Virus record (IMG/VR): IMGVR_UViG_3300045988_125866
Direction: 5' to 3' (one strand)
Length of the DNA: 64,000 bases
Origin: a virus
Under the pieces are notes generated by a model, which saw only the letters and a list, made by a program, of their open reading frames with translations, was not told the origin of the DNA and did not search any database. Position 1 is the stretch's first letter, and each line of letters opens with the position of its first letter. This document shows, one piece after another, positions 52,656 to 63,120 of the stretch. Position numbers and translations under genes: made by a program.

Positions 52656-53837
52656 TTAATCAGTCTTGGTAATGTCCATAATGCAATGGTCTGGGAAGTC
52701 GATGAGAGCTGGGCAAGCAGAGAACATGATGTCTGTGTGCCACTCCATGTACTTACCGTTAGGAACCGTTGAGTTCATCAACAGACCGAGACCATCGTTG
52801 GTTGTACCGAACAAGGTAGAGATAGCCTTGTTGCCAGCATACTCAATCAGCTTTTTGTCGAGGCTGTCTGTACGCTCGAACTCACAGGCATCACCGGCAG
52901 GACGGAGAACGACGATGTTGTCTGCCCAACCCTGCTTGTACTCATCGGTTGTATGAGTAACGTTGCGCTCCTTCTCTGTCACAATCTCGATAGGAGATAC
53001 ACCCTCGAAGTCAACGAATGCCTTGATGAACTGTTCCTTGCTGATAGGCATTGTCTTAGTAGAGGCAATGTAGTTCAGCTGACGGTAATTGGTAACGAGC
53101 TCGCGGACCTCTGCGTTCTTCAAGAATACATTATAGAATGTATTGCGAGTCATCTGCCAGATCAAAGCACCATCGAAACCACCGCGGGTCTCACGATACT
53201 TAGCCTCCTTCTCCTTCATGTAGGTAAGGATGGTAGCAGTAGGGTCAGCCCATTTCTTAGCACCACCATTGATGAAGTTGTCGCCATACTCGATAGGGTT
53301 GATAGCCCTGTGCAATGGGGTAGAGATACCACGGCCAATGCCTGAGTAGTCAATCTTACCGGTAGACATCAACTGAGCGGTCATAAAGTTCATTGTGGCA
53401 TCAACAGAGTCGATACGGGTCTGAACCTCATCACACCAGTCTGCCAAGATATCGGCATCGTTACCGAACTCCTCGAACTGCTTGATGCGTGCATAGCGCT
53501 CAACTGCGGTCTCAACGTAACCAGGAGTGATGAAGTCAGGGATAGAAGCGGTGTAAAACTTGTGTCCGTTCTTGTCCATCTGGTTAGAATCGCCGAGAGG
53601 AGCACGGAGGTCAGCCATAGGAGCTGCCTTCAACTTGCGTGCCTTGACGTTGAATGTTGCCAAGCCATAGTTGTCGGTAGCTGTCAGGAACGAAGCGTTG
53701 TGTCCCTGTGTCTTGTACCAACCGTAGTTAGTGAAGAAGATTTCCTTTTTGTCAAGGAAACTCTGCAAATATGCCGCATTCTCCTGAGAACCGAAGAACT
53801 TGGCAAGTCGCGAATTATTAAAATCAAATTTTGCCAT
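52656..53837 (-). CDS. major capsid protein (lambda gpE-like family suspected)
   Basis: 393-aa ORF after the scaffold and accessory genes. Size and position are typical. The family assignment is from memory of E-like capsid sequences. Confidence 0.7.
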   Translation of the reverse strand: MAKFDFNNSRLAKFFGSQENAAYLQSFLDKKEIFFTNYGWYKTQGHNASFLTATDNYGLATFNVKARKLKAAPMADLRAPLGDSNQMDKNGHKFYTASIPDFITPGYVETAVERYARIKQFEEFGNDADILADWCDEVQTRIDSVDATMNFMTAQLMSTGKIDYSGIGRGISTPLHRAINPIEYGDNFINGGAKKWADPTATILTYMKEKEAKYRETRGGFDGALIWQMTRNTFYNVFLKNAEVRELVTNYRQLNYIASTKTMPISKEQFIKAFVDFEGVSPIEIVTEKERNVTHTTDEYKQGWADNIVVLRPAGDACEFERTDSLDKKLIEYAGNKAISTLFGTTNDGLGLLMNSTVPNGKYMEWHTDIMFSACPALIDFPDHCIMDITKTD

Positions 53838-53866
53838 AATCCTGAATCAATCTTTAAGGTTAATAA

Positions 53867-54625
53867 TTAGAGATGGAACCATCCGTTAACGCGACTCTTG
53901 TTGAGAGCCTTGATTGCAGGAGGGATTGGAGACATCCTGTCGATATACATAACGGTGTCATCGTTAGCAAGGAATGGGGTAAGCATATAGCGAGCACCAT
54001 CCTCGAAATCTTCACCTGGGGTGAACAGGAAGTCGTAGTCGCACTGAGCATAACCGTTAGGGTTGGTTACCATAGGCTTCTGTTTCGCGCCGGCAGCTGC
54101 TGCCTCAACGAGTACCGCATCCTTCGCTACAACACCGAGTGTTGCTGACAAAGTAAGCTTCCATACGTCTGCGCCAGCCTCGGTTGTCTTCTCAACACCC
54201 GTAACCGTAACTGCTGTACCTGTGCCATCGAGAGCGTCAGGAGCAACCATGATATTGTCTCCAATGAACGGAATGTGCTTGTAGCCATCACGTACAATAA
54301 GGAGAGTTGTGTCAGTAGCACCGGTATTCTTTGCACACTGGTAAGACTTAACAATCTTAACAGTTGCGCCTGCGTTGCCATAGATGCCAGGATCATACTC
54401 CAGGAAGTCACCGGCGTAAATCTTTGCAGGACCCTTGAAAGGGTTGAGCAACTTACCACCAATTGTTGGAGTACGGAAAGCATCCTTTGCGGCGCCAATC
54501 AACTTGACGAATACATAGCGGATACCGCCGATTTCGCCACGAGCCTGGATGAGGGAACGACCTGGCAAGAAGCCGCTACCATTCATCCTTTCACTGTAAT
54601 AAGGAGAAACTGTTCCCATAATCAA
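53867..54625 (-). CDS. capsid accessory/decoration-position protein
   Basis: 252-aa Gly/Ala/Thr-rich ORF between the scaffold and the capsid gene. Confidence 0.35.
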   Translation of the reverse strand: MIMGTVSPYYSERMNGSGFLPGRSLIQARGEIGGIRYVFVKLIGAAKDAFRTPTIGGKLLNPFKGPAKIYAGDFLEYDPGIYGNAGATVKIVKSYQCAKNTGATDTTLLIVRDGYKHIPFIGDNIMVAPDALDGTGTAVTVTGVEKTTEAGADVWKLTLSATLGVVAKDAVLVEAAAAGAKQKPMVTNPNGYAQCDYDFLFTPGEDFEDGARYMLTPFLANDDTVMYIDRMSPIPPAIKALNKSRVNGWFHL

Positions 54626-54656
54626 TAAATAAATTTGTTATCCTGAATACTAATTG

Positions 54657-55352
54657 TTATTCGTCCTTTGGCTTGTGTCGAGATCTGATAGCTGCAACAT
54701 CATCGAACTCGTGTTCGTCTACGGTTCCGGTTCCTCCGGCTCCGCCACCTCCGCTTCGAGGCTTTGTTTCTGGATTGATACCCGCTTCCTTGAGGTCGGC
54801 ATTGTAAAGAACCTCTGCCTTACCGACAAGATCCTTGATGTCAACTTCACCATCTGGAATCTCAAGCTTATCCAAAGCTGTCTTAACGAAAAACGAATTC
54901 AAAGGAATGTTGGCTTTCTCAAACTTAGCCTTAAGACCTTCTTTAATGGAGTTCACCAACGCCTTCTTTGCGTCAGCTGCTTCCTTTTGCTCTCGCGCCT
55001 CACGCTCCTTCTTGACTTCACCGATGAGCTTTTTAGCCCACTCAGGCATGTCCTCCTCGTTAGGAATTTCCTCAGACCCTTCCTCCTCAGACTCAGTTTC
55101 CTTAGCCTTCTGGCGTTCCCTTGCCTTCTTCTTGTATTCCTTAACTTGCTGAGAAACGTCAGAATGGAGATTGCCGTCCATGCATTTCAAGCGATTTGTA
55201 ACCTTGGTTACCAACTTGGCGTTTACAGCTTCGTCTTCACCAAAATCTTCGAGTACGTCATCAAGTTCTTCATTGATGGTTTTCTCGCTAATTGTCAACT
55301 TGGTACTACCGAGCTCCTTGTTGACCAATGCTAAGAGTTCTTCTCTTGTCAT
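54657..55352 (-). CDS. scaffolding protein
   Basis: 231-aa highly acidic/basic helical ORF (EEDMPEWAKKLIGEVKKEREAREQKEAADAKK) at the head of the late minus-strand operon. Confidence 0.55.
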   Translation of the reverse strand: MTREELLALVNKELGSTKLTISEKTINEELDDVLEDFGEDEAVNAKLVTKVTNRLKCMDGNLHSDVSQQVKEYKKKARERQKAKETESEEEGSEEIPNEEDMPEWAKKLIGEVKKEREAREQKEAADAKKALVNSIKEGLKAKFEKANIPLNSFFVKTALDKLEIPDGEVDIKDLVGKAEVLYNADLKEAGINPETKPRSGGGGAGGTGTVDEHEFDDVAAIRSRHKPKDE

Positions 55353-55427
55353 GTTGTTTTTGATTAAAAATGTTATTCTAAAAGTGGTTCTTCCACTCTA
55401 AAATGTATAAATATACCTTTTATTTTG

Positions 55428-55476
55428 CAAATATATGAATAAGTATGCAATTATCCAAGAAAAATTTATATTTTTG
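55428..55476. promoter_or_regulatory. divergent late promoters
   Basis: A minus-strand TATATTTG box (55428-55435) faces the scaffold gene. A plus-strand TATTTTTG box (55469-55476) lies 20 nt before the terL ATG. Confidence 0.4.
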
Positions 55477-55495
55477 CAATATTAATTGTATTTTT

Positions 55496-57133
55496 ATGCA
55501 GAAAGAAGTACTTTCAGGATTAAATTTGGATAATGGAGAGCCTATTTACACTCAAGAGTATATCCAATCGTTAAGAGACGCCGACAAGAAACATCCCGAC
55601 AAGCTGAAGATTATTGCTCAGCGTGGCGGTCAGGAGGATATGCTCTCAATCGACGCCGATATAAAGATTTGTGGCGGCAGCCGCGGTGGCAGTAAGAGCT
55701 TTAGTTCTCTTATGGAAGTTCTGAAGGATATCAAAAATCCAGATTTTCATGCAACAATTCTTCGTAACGAAAAAGATGACTTGCAGTCCTTGGTAACAGA
55801 CTCTTACAAATTGTTTTCCCAATTTGGAACTTACAATAAGTCACAGAACGATATGACCTGGAACTTCGACAACGGAGGATGGCTCAAATTCTCGTACTAC
55901 GCAGGAGCCTATCAGGATTTCAAGACACGATTTCAGGGTCGCCAGTATGCCTATGTCTGCATCGATGAGGGTACTCAGTGCCCATATAAGAAGTTCAAAT
56001 ACCTCTTGACCAACAACCGAAACGCAGCCCACATTCGAAACCGCTTCTGGATTACCTGTAACCCGGACCCGGAATCTTGGGTGAGAAAGTTCATTGATTG
56101 GTGGGTTACCGACGAAGGATATATAGATCCGGAAAGGAATGGAGTTATTCGTTACTGTTTCATGGACGGCGATACACCTGATTCAATCTACTGGGGCGAT
56201 ACAAGAGAAGAGGTATACGAGCAGTGCAAGGGCATTATCGATAGCCTCTGGAAGGACAGCTATGAGGAGCTCGGATACACAAAGCTCGAAATGTTCATCA
56301 AGTCGGCGACATTCATCCGTGCCGACGTATCAGAGAACATCAAGCTTATCTCTACCGATGTTTCATATCTCGCCAACCTTGCACAGCAGGATGAGGAACA
56401 GCGTATGCGAGACCTGGAAGCAAACTGGAACTGGAAAGCTGCCGGTGATGACATGATCAAGATGGAAGACCTTGAGGAAATCTACGACAACGCAGAACAA
56501 ACAGGAGACGGAAAGCGCAGAGCATCTGCCGATATCGCATTCACTGGCGGCGATAACTTCGTAATGTGGCTTTGGGAAGGATGGCATTGTAAAGACTTGG
56601 TTGTGCTGAGGCTGGACCCTAAGACTCTTGTTTCGGTAGTTGAGGCTAAGCTGAGAGAGTGGGGTGTTGAGGAATGTAACTTCACTTACGATATGCAGGG
56701 CATAGGTCAGTACTTCAAGGGATTCTTCAAGGATGCCGTTCCGTTCAACAACCAGGCGGCGCCTATTGCTCAAAACCACCAAGAAGAGGAAGGTATCAAA
56801 TACCTCTACAAGGACTTGAAATCCCAGTGCGCATGGCTGTTCTATAAGATGATTAAGGATAGAAAAATATCCATTGAATCATCTCTTCTTGAAAGGAAAT
56901 ACTCAGGTAACGGATTCAGCAAAGTTCCTCTTAGGCAAATCTTACAGAAGGAGAGAAAAATGCTACGACGTGACGAGAACAGCGAAGGAAAGGGGTTCAA
57001 GCTATTGCCTAAGAAGGTTGCTAAGAAGTATGTCGGACACTCGCCCGACTTCTTCGAGTCTTGGTTCTACGTAATGATATTCAGTTTAATAAAAAAGAAA
57101 CATAAAAAGGTAAAAGGATTATGGAGAATTTAA
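55496..57133 (+). CDS. terL: terminase large subunit
   Basis: Start moved to MQKEVLSG. Walker A-like CGGSRGGSKSF, a CIDEG Walker B-like motif, and a C-terminal nuclease-size domain. Confidence 0.85.
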   Translation: MQKEVLSGLNLDNGEPIYTQEYIQSLRDADKKHPDKLKIIAQRGGQEDMLSIDADIKICGGSRGGSKSFSSLMEVLKDIKNPDFHATILRNEKDDLQSLVTDSYKLFSQFGTYNKSQNDMTWNFDNGGWLKFSYYAGAYQDFKTRFQGRQYAYVCIDEGTQCPYKKFKYLLTNNRNAAHIRNRFWITCNPDPESWVRKFIDWWVTDEGYIDPERNGVIRYCFMDGDTPDSIYWGDTREEVYEQCKGIIDSLWKDSYEELGYTKLEMFIKSATFIRADVSENIKLISTDVSYLANLAQQDEEQRMRDLEANWNWKAAGDDMIKMEDLEEIYDNAEQTGDGKRRASADIAFTGGDNFVMWLWEGWHCKDLVVLRLDPKTLVSVVEAKLREWGVEECNFTYDMQGIGQYFKGFFKDAVPFNNQAAPIAQNHQEEEGIKYLYKDLKSQCAWLFYKMIKDRKISIESSLLERKYSGNGFSKVPLRQILQKERKMLRRDENSEGKGFKLLPKKVAKKYVGHSPDFFESWFYVMIFSLIKKKHKKVKGLWRI

Positions 57134-58860
57134 ATTTTAGAGAAATACTCGTAAAGAAACCATTCTACGAGCTTAAGCCTGACGGATACATGAGCCATGG
57201 CACTTTCTCCGACAAGGTTGGTGATAGGAGTATGCAGAACATGCCTTACGACCCTTGCGTATGGAGAGTAAAAACCCAGTCCGACTTCCTTCGTGAGTAC
57301 TTCCCAAGCGGACATAGAATCTGGGACAAAAACGCCTACCCGGACATTATTAAGGAAAATCCAGAGTGGGACCCGAAAGATCCTACTACAGGAAACCGCT
57401 ACTACATACAGCCAATCACAAGATGTGCATTTTCCTTCCAGCAGGTTGTCGCAACGAAGCACACCCTACACTTGACAGGAAATGACATTCAGTTTGAGCT
57501 TGCCGACAGCACAGAGGAACTTGATAAGGAAGAGGAATCACAGAAGAATCTTAACATCTTTAAGAAGGGTTGGCTTATGCACAACATGGAGATTGCGTTC
57601 TTCGAAGCAGTAAGCTCATACATGACTGTTGCAGAAACCGCAGCAGTCGGCTATATCGACAAAGGAAAGTTTGGAGTTAAGGTTCTGTCATTCAAGAATG
57701 GCGACTACCTCTATCCGCATTATGACTCGATCACCGGCGAATTATCTGTATTTGCTCGCAAGTATTACGACTTGGATGAAGACGGAAACGCTCAGATTGA
57801 GTGGGTTGAGGTCTGGGATGATACCTATTATTATAGGTTTAGAAATGATGTCGGCAAAAAGAGTGTAAAAGAGAAAGCTATAAATCTCATTAAGGGGTTG
57901 TTCGGAATGAACGGATATGCTCTTGTTGAAAAGAAGGAACATCACTTCAATTCAATACCGGTTGCATATATCCGAAATGACGAGGGACCTTGCTGGTCCA
58001 ATGTTCAGAAGAACATCGAAGATTACGAGGAGGCATTCTCGTATCTTTGCGAGAACAACAAGGCATACGCTTTCCCTGTATTCTACGTAAAGGGTGATGG
58101 TGATGAGATTACCATTTCAGGCGACGATATGACTGGAGCAGCCAAGGTTATCGCTATGAACAGCAAGGATAACGATGCAGGATTCCTCAATGGAACCGAC
58201 GCGTCAGATGCTTTTGCGACTCAGCTTAACAAGTCGTATGACCTCATCTATGAGCTGTCATTTACTGTAAAGCCACCTGAGTTGAAGTCTGGTGACCTCC
58301 CTGGTGTAGCCATCAAGCTTCTCTATTCTCCTGCATTGGAGGTAGCTATGAATGATTCCCAGAAGTTGCAGCCATTCCTTGATAAGCTGGTAGAAATTGC
58401 CAAGTTTGGAATCGGCCACGAAAACAATGCGACGGCTTCTATTGTTGGCCTCGATATTAACGCATGGATTGAGCCTTATACGCACCAGAATAAAACTGAG
58501 CTTCTTACAAATCTTGCAACTGCCGTTCAGAATGGATTCCTATCGAAGCAGACTGCATCGGAGCGTTGTCCTGACTTCCCAAAGAATGCTGAGTGGGAGC
58601 GTATCTTACGAGAGAAGAAAGAGGAAGACCAGCAGGACCTCCTTATGGATATTCAGCGTGCGGATAACGAGACAGAGAACGCCATCGAGGAGGAGGAAGC
58701 TACAGCACGAATCAATAAACAGCAGGGTGGTAACGACATAAACACCGGCGGTGGCCGCAAGGCAGGGAGGCCAAATCGCAGTGGCAAGAAATGGGACAAA
58801 AATCACAACAATGACGTGGACGACAAGAACAATTGGAAGCACTACAACCAAACACATTAA
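57121..58860 (+). CDS. portal protein (SPP1 gp6-like)
   Basis: 579-aa ORF overlapping the terL stop. Acidic/basic C-terminal tail. Position and size are typical. Confidence 0.75.
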   Translation: MENLNFREILVKKPFYELKPDGYMSHGTFSDKVGDRSMQNMPYDPCVWRVKTQSDFLREYFPSGHRIWDKNAYPDIIKENPEWDPKDPTTGNRYYIQPITRCAFSFQQVVATKHTLHLTGNDIQFELADSTEELDKEEESQKNLNIFKKGWLMHNMEIAFFEAVSSYMTVAETAAVGYIDKGKFGVKVLSFKNGDYLYPHYDSITGELSVFARKYYDLDEDGNAQIEWVEVWDDTYYYRFRNDVGKKSVKEKAINLIKGLFGMNGYALVEKKEHHFNSIPVAYIRNDEGPCWSNVQKNIEDYEEAFSYLCENNKAYAFPVFYVKGDGDEITISGDDMTGAAKVIAMNSKDNDAGFLNGTDASDAFATQLNKSYDLIYELSFTVKPPELKSGDLPGVAIKLLYSPALEVAMNDSQKLQPFLDKLVEIAKFGIGHENNATASIVGLDINAWIEPYTHQNKTELLTNLATAVQNGFLSKQTASERCPDFPKNAEWERILREKKEEDQQDLLMDIQRADNETENAIEEEEATARINKQQGGNDINTGGGRKAGRPNRSGKKWDKNHNNDVDDKNNWKHYNQTH

Positions 58861-58866
58861 TAGCCT

Positions 58867-59643
58867 ATGGATGAATTAAAACGTTCTGTCGATTACAGCA
58901 GGAAGCGCTTGCAGGCAATCCGAAACTGCGAGAGCCATATTGCAGATATTCTCTGGAAATCAACACAGAAGGTAATTGCCGCAAGTAAGCGATACAGAGG
59001 TGCGGGCAGGCTCACAAACGAGTCAGCCCTGCTCTCTTACGCCAAGAATGTTACGGCCGGGGCAGAGGAGAGTATCAACAGCTACATCTCTGCCTACTCA
59101 AAGGCTTCATGCAAGATTCTCGGGATTGACAGCGAGAACATTGAATCGTTTCTCGTCAGCGACATATACGGAAAGACAACATCCGAAAGAAACGCCGTCT
59201 ATCTCGGTAACTTTGCTGAAGACATCGTGAGGATGATCAAGGCAGGAACCATGATGGGATATTCTGACCAGCAGCTCCTATCTTCCATCCGTACCGGCTA
59301 CAAGGACCCATACAACACATCTGTCATCACCAAGGCGAAGAGAAAGGACATCAACATCGATGTTCCATCTTACGGAAAAGGCTATTACAGAAATGCCTAT
59401 CAGAACATTGTAAGAAACGCTTCTCAGGTGATTGCTTTAGCGTGGGGACAGGCAGAGCAGGAGTATGGGCAGGAGAATAAGGCTATCGGATTCTATGTCA
59501 AGAGAGGAAGCGACTTCCCGTGCTTGATTTGTCAAAACGAAGCCGATGCCGGACTCCATTCTTTCAAAGATCCATACCCACCATTCCATGTTTCGTGTCA
59601 ATGTTACACTTTATTTGCATTCAAGGATATAAAAAAGAAATAA
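58867..59643 (+). CDS. head morphogenesis protein (SPP1 gp7 / Mu F-like)
   Basis: The C-terminal motif PYPPFHVSCQC corresponds to the P-hPNCRC signature of this family. Follows the portal gene. Confidence 0.7.
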   Translation: MDELKRSVDYSRKRLQAIRNCESHIADILWKSTQKVIAASKRYRGAGRLTNESALLSYAKNVTAGAEESINSYISAYSKASCKILGIDSENIESFLVSDIYGKTTSERNAVYLGNFAEDIVRMIKAGTMMGYSDQQLLSSIRTGYKDPYNTSVITKAKRKDINIDVPSYGKGYYRNAYQNIVRNASQVIALAWGQAEQEYGQENKAIGFYVKRGSDFPCLICQNEADAGLHSFKDPYPPFHVSCQCYTLFAFKDIKKK

Positions 59644-59647
59644 GATT

Positions 59648-60184
59648 ATGATTGAAGAAACAAAAGGATACACGTTATCCGTCGATATTTACAAAAAGGT
59701 AAAGGCTCTCAAGATGAAAGACCCTCGCTATTACATCTACGCCAGCCTCCGTGGCTCAGGAATGTCTATCCGTGACAGTTGGGCTGTTGCCTTTCAAGGG
59801 GAAGGGTTCAACTGGCCCAAAGACACATTAGAGCGAGAAATGAATAAGCTCGAATCCCTGGAGTCTGTTCAGACAAGAATCGCAGAGGTGCAGGGTAAGA
59901 AAGCGAAGAACGAGAGCGCCGATGAGCTTTCTCCTGAAGAGTTGGCAAAAGCTACTTCCAAGGAGCAGATTCTCACAGACCTCGTAATTGCAAGACGAAG
60001 GATGAAAGAGGGCACAAAGGAGTGGACAGAACAAACACGACTTATAGCAGAGTACGCAAGAATTAAACAGGACGAGCTTCAAACTGAGGATTCGACCGTA
60101 CATTTTTACCTCCCAATAAATTATCCAACCGGCAAGAATGACTGCTTGTTGTTTAAGAATGGACTCTGTAAGGGTGGCAAATAG
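59648..60184 (+). CDS. terminase small subunit-like protein
   Basis: HTH-like N-terminus (ASLRGSGMSIRDSWAVAF) followed by a helical oligomerisation-like region (EQILTDLVIARRRMKEG). The location after the head genes is unusual. Confidence 0.4.
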   Translation: MIEETKGYTLSVDIYKKVKALKMKDPRYYIYASLRGSGMSIRDSWAVAFQGEGFNWPKDTLEREMNKLESLESVQTRIAEVQGKKAKNESADELSPEELAKATSKEQILTDLVIARRRMKEGTKEWTEQTRLIAEYARIKQDELQTEDSTVHFYLPINYPTGKNDCLLFKNGLCKGGK

Positions 60185-60309
60185 TTAAATTCGTGTTAAA
60201 ACAACTTCGATATACCATAAATCCAACAAAACCAAGTACCTTTGCAAACAGATTATGTTCACAGATTCTTTCTGCTGTTCGTAATTCTAAAATTTTTTTG
60301 GTTAAAAAG

Positions 60310-60337
60310 GGGGTGATATCTTTTCAGATACCACCCC
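60310..60337. terminator. bidirectional terminator
   Basis: Stem GGGGTG-A-TATC / GATA-C-CACCCC with an A-run upstream and a T-rich tail downstream. Lies between convergent units. Confidence 0.6.
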
Positions 60338-60378
60338 TTACTTTTATATAAATGAAGTAGAAGAAAATATACGATATA

Positions 60379-60567
60379 TCACGAATATTTCTCTCCTGTG
60401 ACAAGCTCAAGGGCTATCCTAAGCCGATCATCAAGAAAAGAGTCGTTAAATGTAGGAAGAAGGCCGTATGGAGGCAGTTTCTTTGTCTCTGCGGCCTCCA
60501 AAATGAATTGGAGTGCCTGTACCAGGGAATTGTGGTCCTCGACTATCTCAATCAATTTATCACTCAT
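60379..60567 (-). CDS. hypothetical small protein
   Basis: Start moved to MSDKLIEIV. ATGAGTGA overlap with the upstream gene. Confidence 0.4.
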   Translation of the reverse strand: MSDKLIEIVEDHNSLVQALQFILEAAETKKLPPYGLLPTFNDSFLDDRLRIALELVTGEKYS

Positions 60568-61111
60568 GCTGGCCTCCTTCCTTCTTAATCTGTTCTGCCA
60601 TATCAAGGAGAGTGTCTGCGTGCTTGTCTCGATCAACAACCTCCTGTACGGCCTCATCACTCTCTTTGCGAAGTTGCTCTTCTGTCTTACCCTTGTCGGC
60701 AGCAGCGTTTCTTCTTGCAGCCTCACGAGCAATGTATTCGTCACGGAGCTTCAACTTGCCTGCCGTGTATTCTGCATCGCCAGGCAACGATGTATCCGCA
60801 TACATAAGCTGGGCAAATGCCTCGATGATGTTTCCATTATCCTTGGAGAACTCGTAATGGTCTCCTACAGCCACAGGAACACATTCATCGAGTGCAGCGT
60901 ACATGGATGTACCGATAGAGTATTCAACACCCCATGTGCCGGCAATGTCTGCAATCTTGATGAAAGGCAACGAGCCTCTCTGTAAATGCTTCTTGATCTC
61001 AGCAGGAATATCCTCTCTGAGTGAAGCAACCTCTTTCTTCGACAAACTCTTACTGAACTTCAGTACAGTGAAGTGTCTTGTCTTGATAGTCTTTCCAAAT
61101 GGTAATGCCAT
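60560..61111 (-). CDS. hypothetical protein
   Basis: 183-aa ORF. Confidence 0.5.
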   Translation of the reverse strand: MALPFGKTIKTRHFTVLKFSKSLSKKEVASLREDIPAEIKKHLQRGSLPFIKIADIAGTWGVEYSIGTSMYAALDECVPVAVGDHYEFSKDNGNIIEAFAQLMYADTSLPGDAEYTAGKLKLRDEYIAREAARRNAAADKGKTEEQLRKESDEAVQEVVDRDKHADTLLDMAEQIKKEGGQHE

Positions 61112-61123
61112 GATAACAATATT

Positions 61124-61273
61124 TTAAAGTTCAACTTTTATTTCCTTATACTCGAAATCTGTGCAAGCATCATCATCTTCCGAAACGTCTCTCCCGAAGC
61201 GTTCTTCTTTACACTCCCACACACCGTTGTCAAAGAAGAAGCAGTCCTTGCAAGTGTAATCAGTCTGTGCCAT
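61124..61273 (-). CDS. small Cys-rich protein (49 aa)
   Basis: Sequence MAQTDYTCKDCFFFDNGVWECKEERFG..ACTDFEY. Overlaps the upstream stop. Below the ORF-track cutoff. Confidence 0.35.
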   Translation of the reverse strand: MAQTDYTCKDCFFFDNGVWECKEERFGRDVSEDDDACTDFEYKEIKVEL

Positions 61274-61751
61274 GTTCCAATAATTTTATTTCGTCCTGGA
61301 TATAAAACACCGCCTTACGCAAGTCTTCGATACGCTTCTCGGTCTTTGTTTTGTTGCCATCCACCTTATCCTTGCGCAGGAGATACTTGATAGCATTTCC
61401 AGTATTAAAGTCAAGATATCTGCAAATATCCAAAGGCTCAACACCGCACAAATCCCTCAGCCACGCATAATGGGATGGGTGAGATACTTGCTCTGCCTTT
61501 TTGTCTGTAAATTCGTTCACGAAGACGGAAACATTAGCTAATTTATCCATATTTACACCAATGGTTTCATTTCTTTTAGGAAATGATATTACACACGATC
61601 CATCAACCATATCAACGACTTTAATGGCAAAGGAGTCATATATATTGTTAGGGTCTATAATCTTGATAAATCCAGAACTAGTAATATCTTCCAAATCAGA
61701 CTTTCTAATCTGCAAGAACGAACCAACCTTAATATCTTCTTTCTTAATCAT
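61260..61751 (-). CDS. DUF3310-domain protein
   Basis: The C-terminal half VSHPSHYAWLRDLCGVEPLDICRYLDFNTGNAIKYLLR matches the DUF3310 signature. Confidence 0.55.
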   Translation of the reverse strand: MIKKEDIKVGSFLQIRKSDLEDITSSGFIKIIDPNNIYDSFAIKVVDMVDGSCVISFPKRNETIGVNMDKLANVSVFVNEFTDKKAEQVSHPSHYAWLRDLCGVEPLDICRYLDFNTGNAIKYLLRKDKVDGNKTKTEKRIEDLRKAVFYIQDEIKLLEHGTD

Positions 61752-61754
61752 AAT

Positions 61755-62147
61755 CTATTTCTCCTTATCTTTAATTTCAACGAAATCGCCAATGCCCAAA
61801 CGAGACTTGTTGATGCAAGACGCAATCCAGCCTATCAAGTAAGCTGAAGACTCGCCTCCGTGCTTCATATCGATAGCATTCTCAATAGCATCACAGGCGT
61901 GAGAAGCCTCGTGGCAGCAGACGTTCATAGTCATATCCTTCAGGCATTTAAAGGAAACAAGAACACCATACGAGTCATTATCCTTCCTTGTCGCTGCATC
62001 ATAAGTGGCACCGCAGTAATCCACATCTGAATAATCACACCCATCAAAGCAGGAGTCTATCACTTCGTTTAGGTCCCTACCAATATGAACCCACAGCTTC
62101 CTTGGATAAATACCGTTACTGTATTCGTAATATCCTTTCTTCTTCAT
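61755..62147 (-). CDS. putative zinc metallopeptidase (HExxH)
   Basis: A single HEASH motif sits in a helix context (NVCCHEASHACDAIENA). The family is not assignable. Confidence 0.35.
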   Translation of the reverse strand: MKKKGYYEYSNGIYPRKLWVHIGRDLNEVIDSCFDGCDYSDVDYCGATYDAATRKDNDSYGVLVSFKCLKDMTMNVCCHEASHACDAIENAIDMKHGGESSAYLIGWIASCINKSRLGIGDFVEIKDKEK

Positions 62148-62154
62148 ATCTCAA

Positions 62155-62490
62155 CTATTTCTGTTTTAAAATATTTCCACAAGCTAAGTTAGTTTTAAAA
62201 AGGAAATCTCTTGCAGGAATAACGATGGCTCCATCATCCCGAAAGCCTTCCGATTTACTTATCTGGGTATTGAATGGCCTCAGTATCGCATCCTGATCCT
62301 TTATCTCTACCAAAAACGGTGTTGGAGTATCATCCAATGTCTTCCACCATATATTCTTAAATTCATGAAGAAAGCATCCGGAATCTACCGATATAACCTT
62401 GTCAATAAGAAAGAATAAAAGACCTTCCTCGATTATGTCACACATAGACCTGATTCTTTTTTTATATTTCCAAGAGTATCTACCTTTCAT
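62155..62490 (-). CDS. hypothetical protein
   Basis: The ORF extends to 62562. The MKGRYSW start at 62490 lies just after the upstream stop. Confidence 0.4.
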   Translation of the reverse strand: MKGRYSWKYKKRIRSMCDIIEEGLLFFLIDKVISVDSGCFLHEFKNIWWKTLDDTPTPFLVEIKDQDAILRPFNTQISKSEGFRDDGAIVIPARDFLFKTNLACGNILKQK

Positions 62491-62494
62491 AAGC

Positions 62495-62716
62495 TCATTG
62501 TTTGTGTAACCTACCAATATGCCACTTTGAACAAACCTTGCACAAGTAAGGATGCCAACCAAGTGCCTTTAACCTCGGATTCTGATTCAGAAACTCCCAA
62601 GCATCATCCTCCGTCTCATAGGCAACCTTCGCCTTCCATGAATGAACCTTCCTGGTCCAATGCTCGTGGTTGGGCTTAAGCGGAGGAACTTTATTAGGAT
62701 TGTGATGTCTTCTCAT
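62495..62716 (-). CDS. hypothetical basic protein
   Basis: 73-aa ORF with CKVC..H near the C-terminus. Confidence 0.4.
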   Translation of the reverse strand: MRRHHNPNKVPPLKPNHEHWTRKVHSWKAKVAYETEDDAWEFLNQNPRLKALGWHPYLCKVCSKWHIGRLHKQ

Positions 62717-63117
62717 TCTAAATCTTTTACGAATATCGTTTTTCTAATTTGCTCCAAACGATCTTGCATCAAAAAGAACTCTTCCTGTCTTCTGTCAAGA
62801 CTTTTGTATATCTGTTCTAATCTAAACACCAATAAGTCGCCATCAGAAGCTTTCCACATCTTCTCCAGCCACTCGTTATTGAGACGCTCTATGGTCCTCC
62901 TGATTCTGTCGCCGTAGAGAATTTCGAGCATCATCTTGTCAAAACCACCTTCCGGCTCAAAGCTCACGTCAAGCGTTATGCTGTGATCCTTGTATCGGCA
63001 AGACGACATCTTGATACCAGACTCGAACGCTTTGTCCACAACATCATGAATAGATCTGCGAATTCTGTAACCATCCATAAAGGCATCAGATATACAAAAC
63101 ATAAGTTTTTCCCCCAT
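62713..63117 (-). CDS. hypothetical protein
   Basis: 134-aa ORF with ATGA-type coupling. Confidence 0.45.
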   Translation of the reverse strand: MGEKLMFCISDAFMDGYRIRRSIHDVVDKAFESGIKMSSCRYKDHSITLDVSFEPEGGFDKMMLEILYGDRIRRTIERLNNEWLEKMWKASDGDLLVFRLEQIYKSLDRRQEEFFLMQDRLEQIRKTIFVKDLE

Positions 63118-63120
63118 AAG

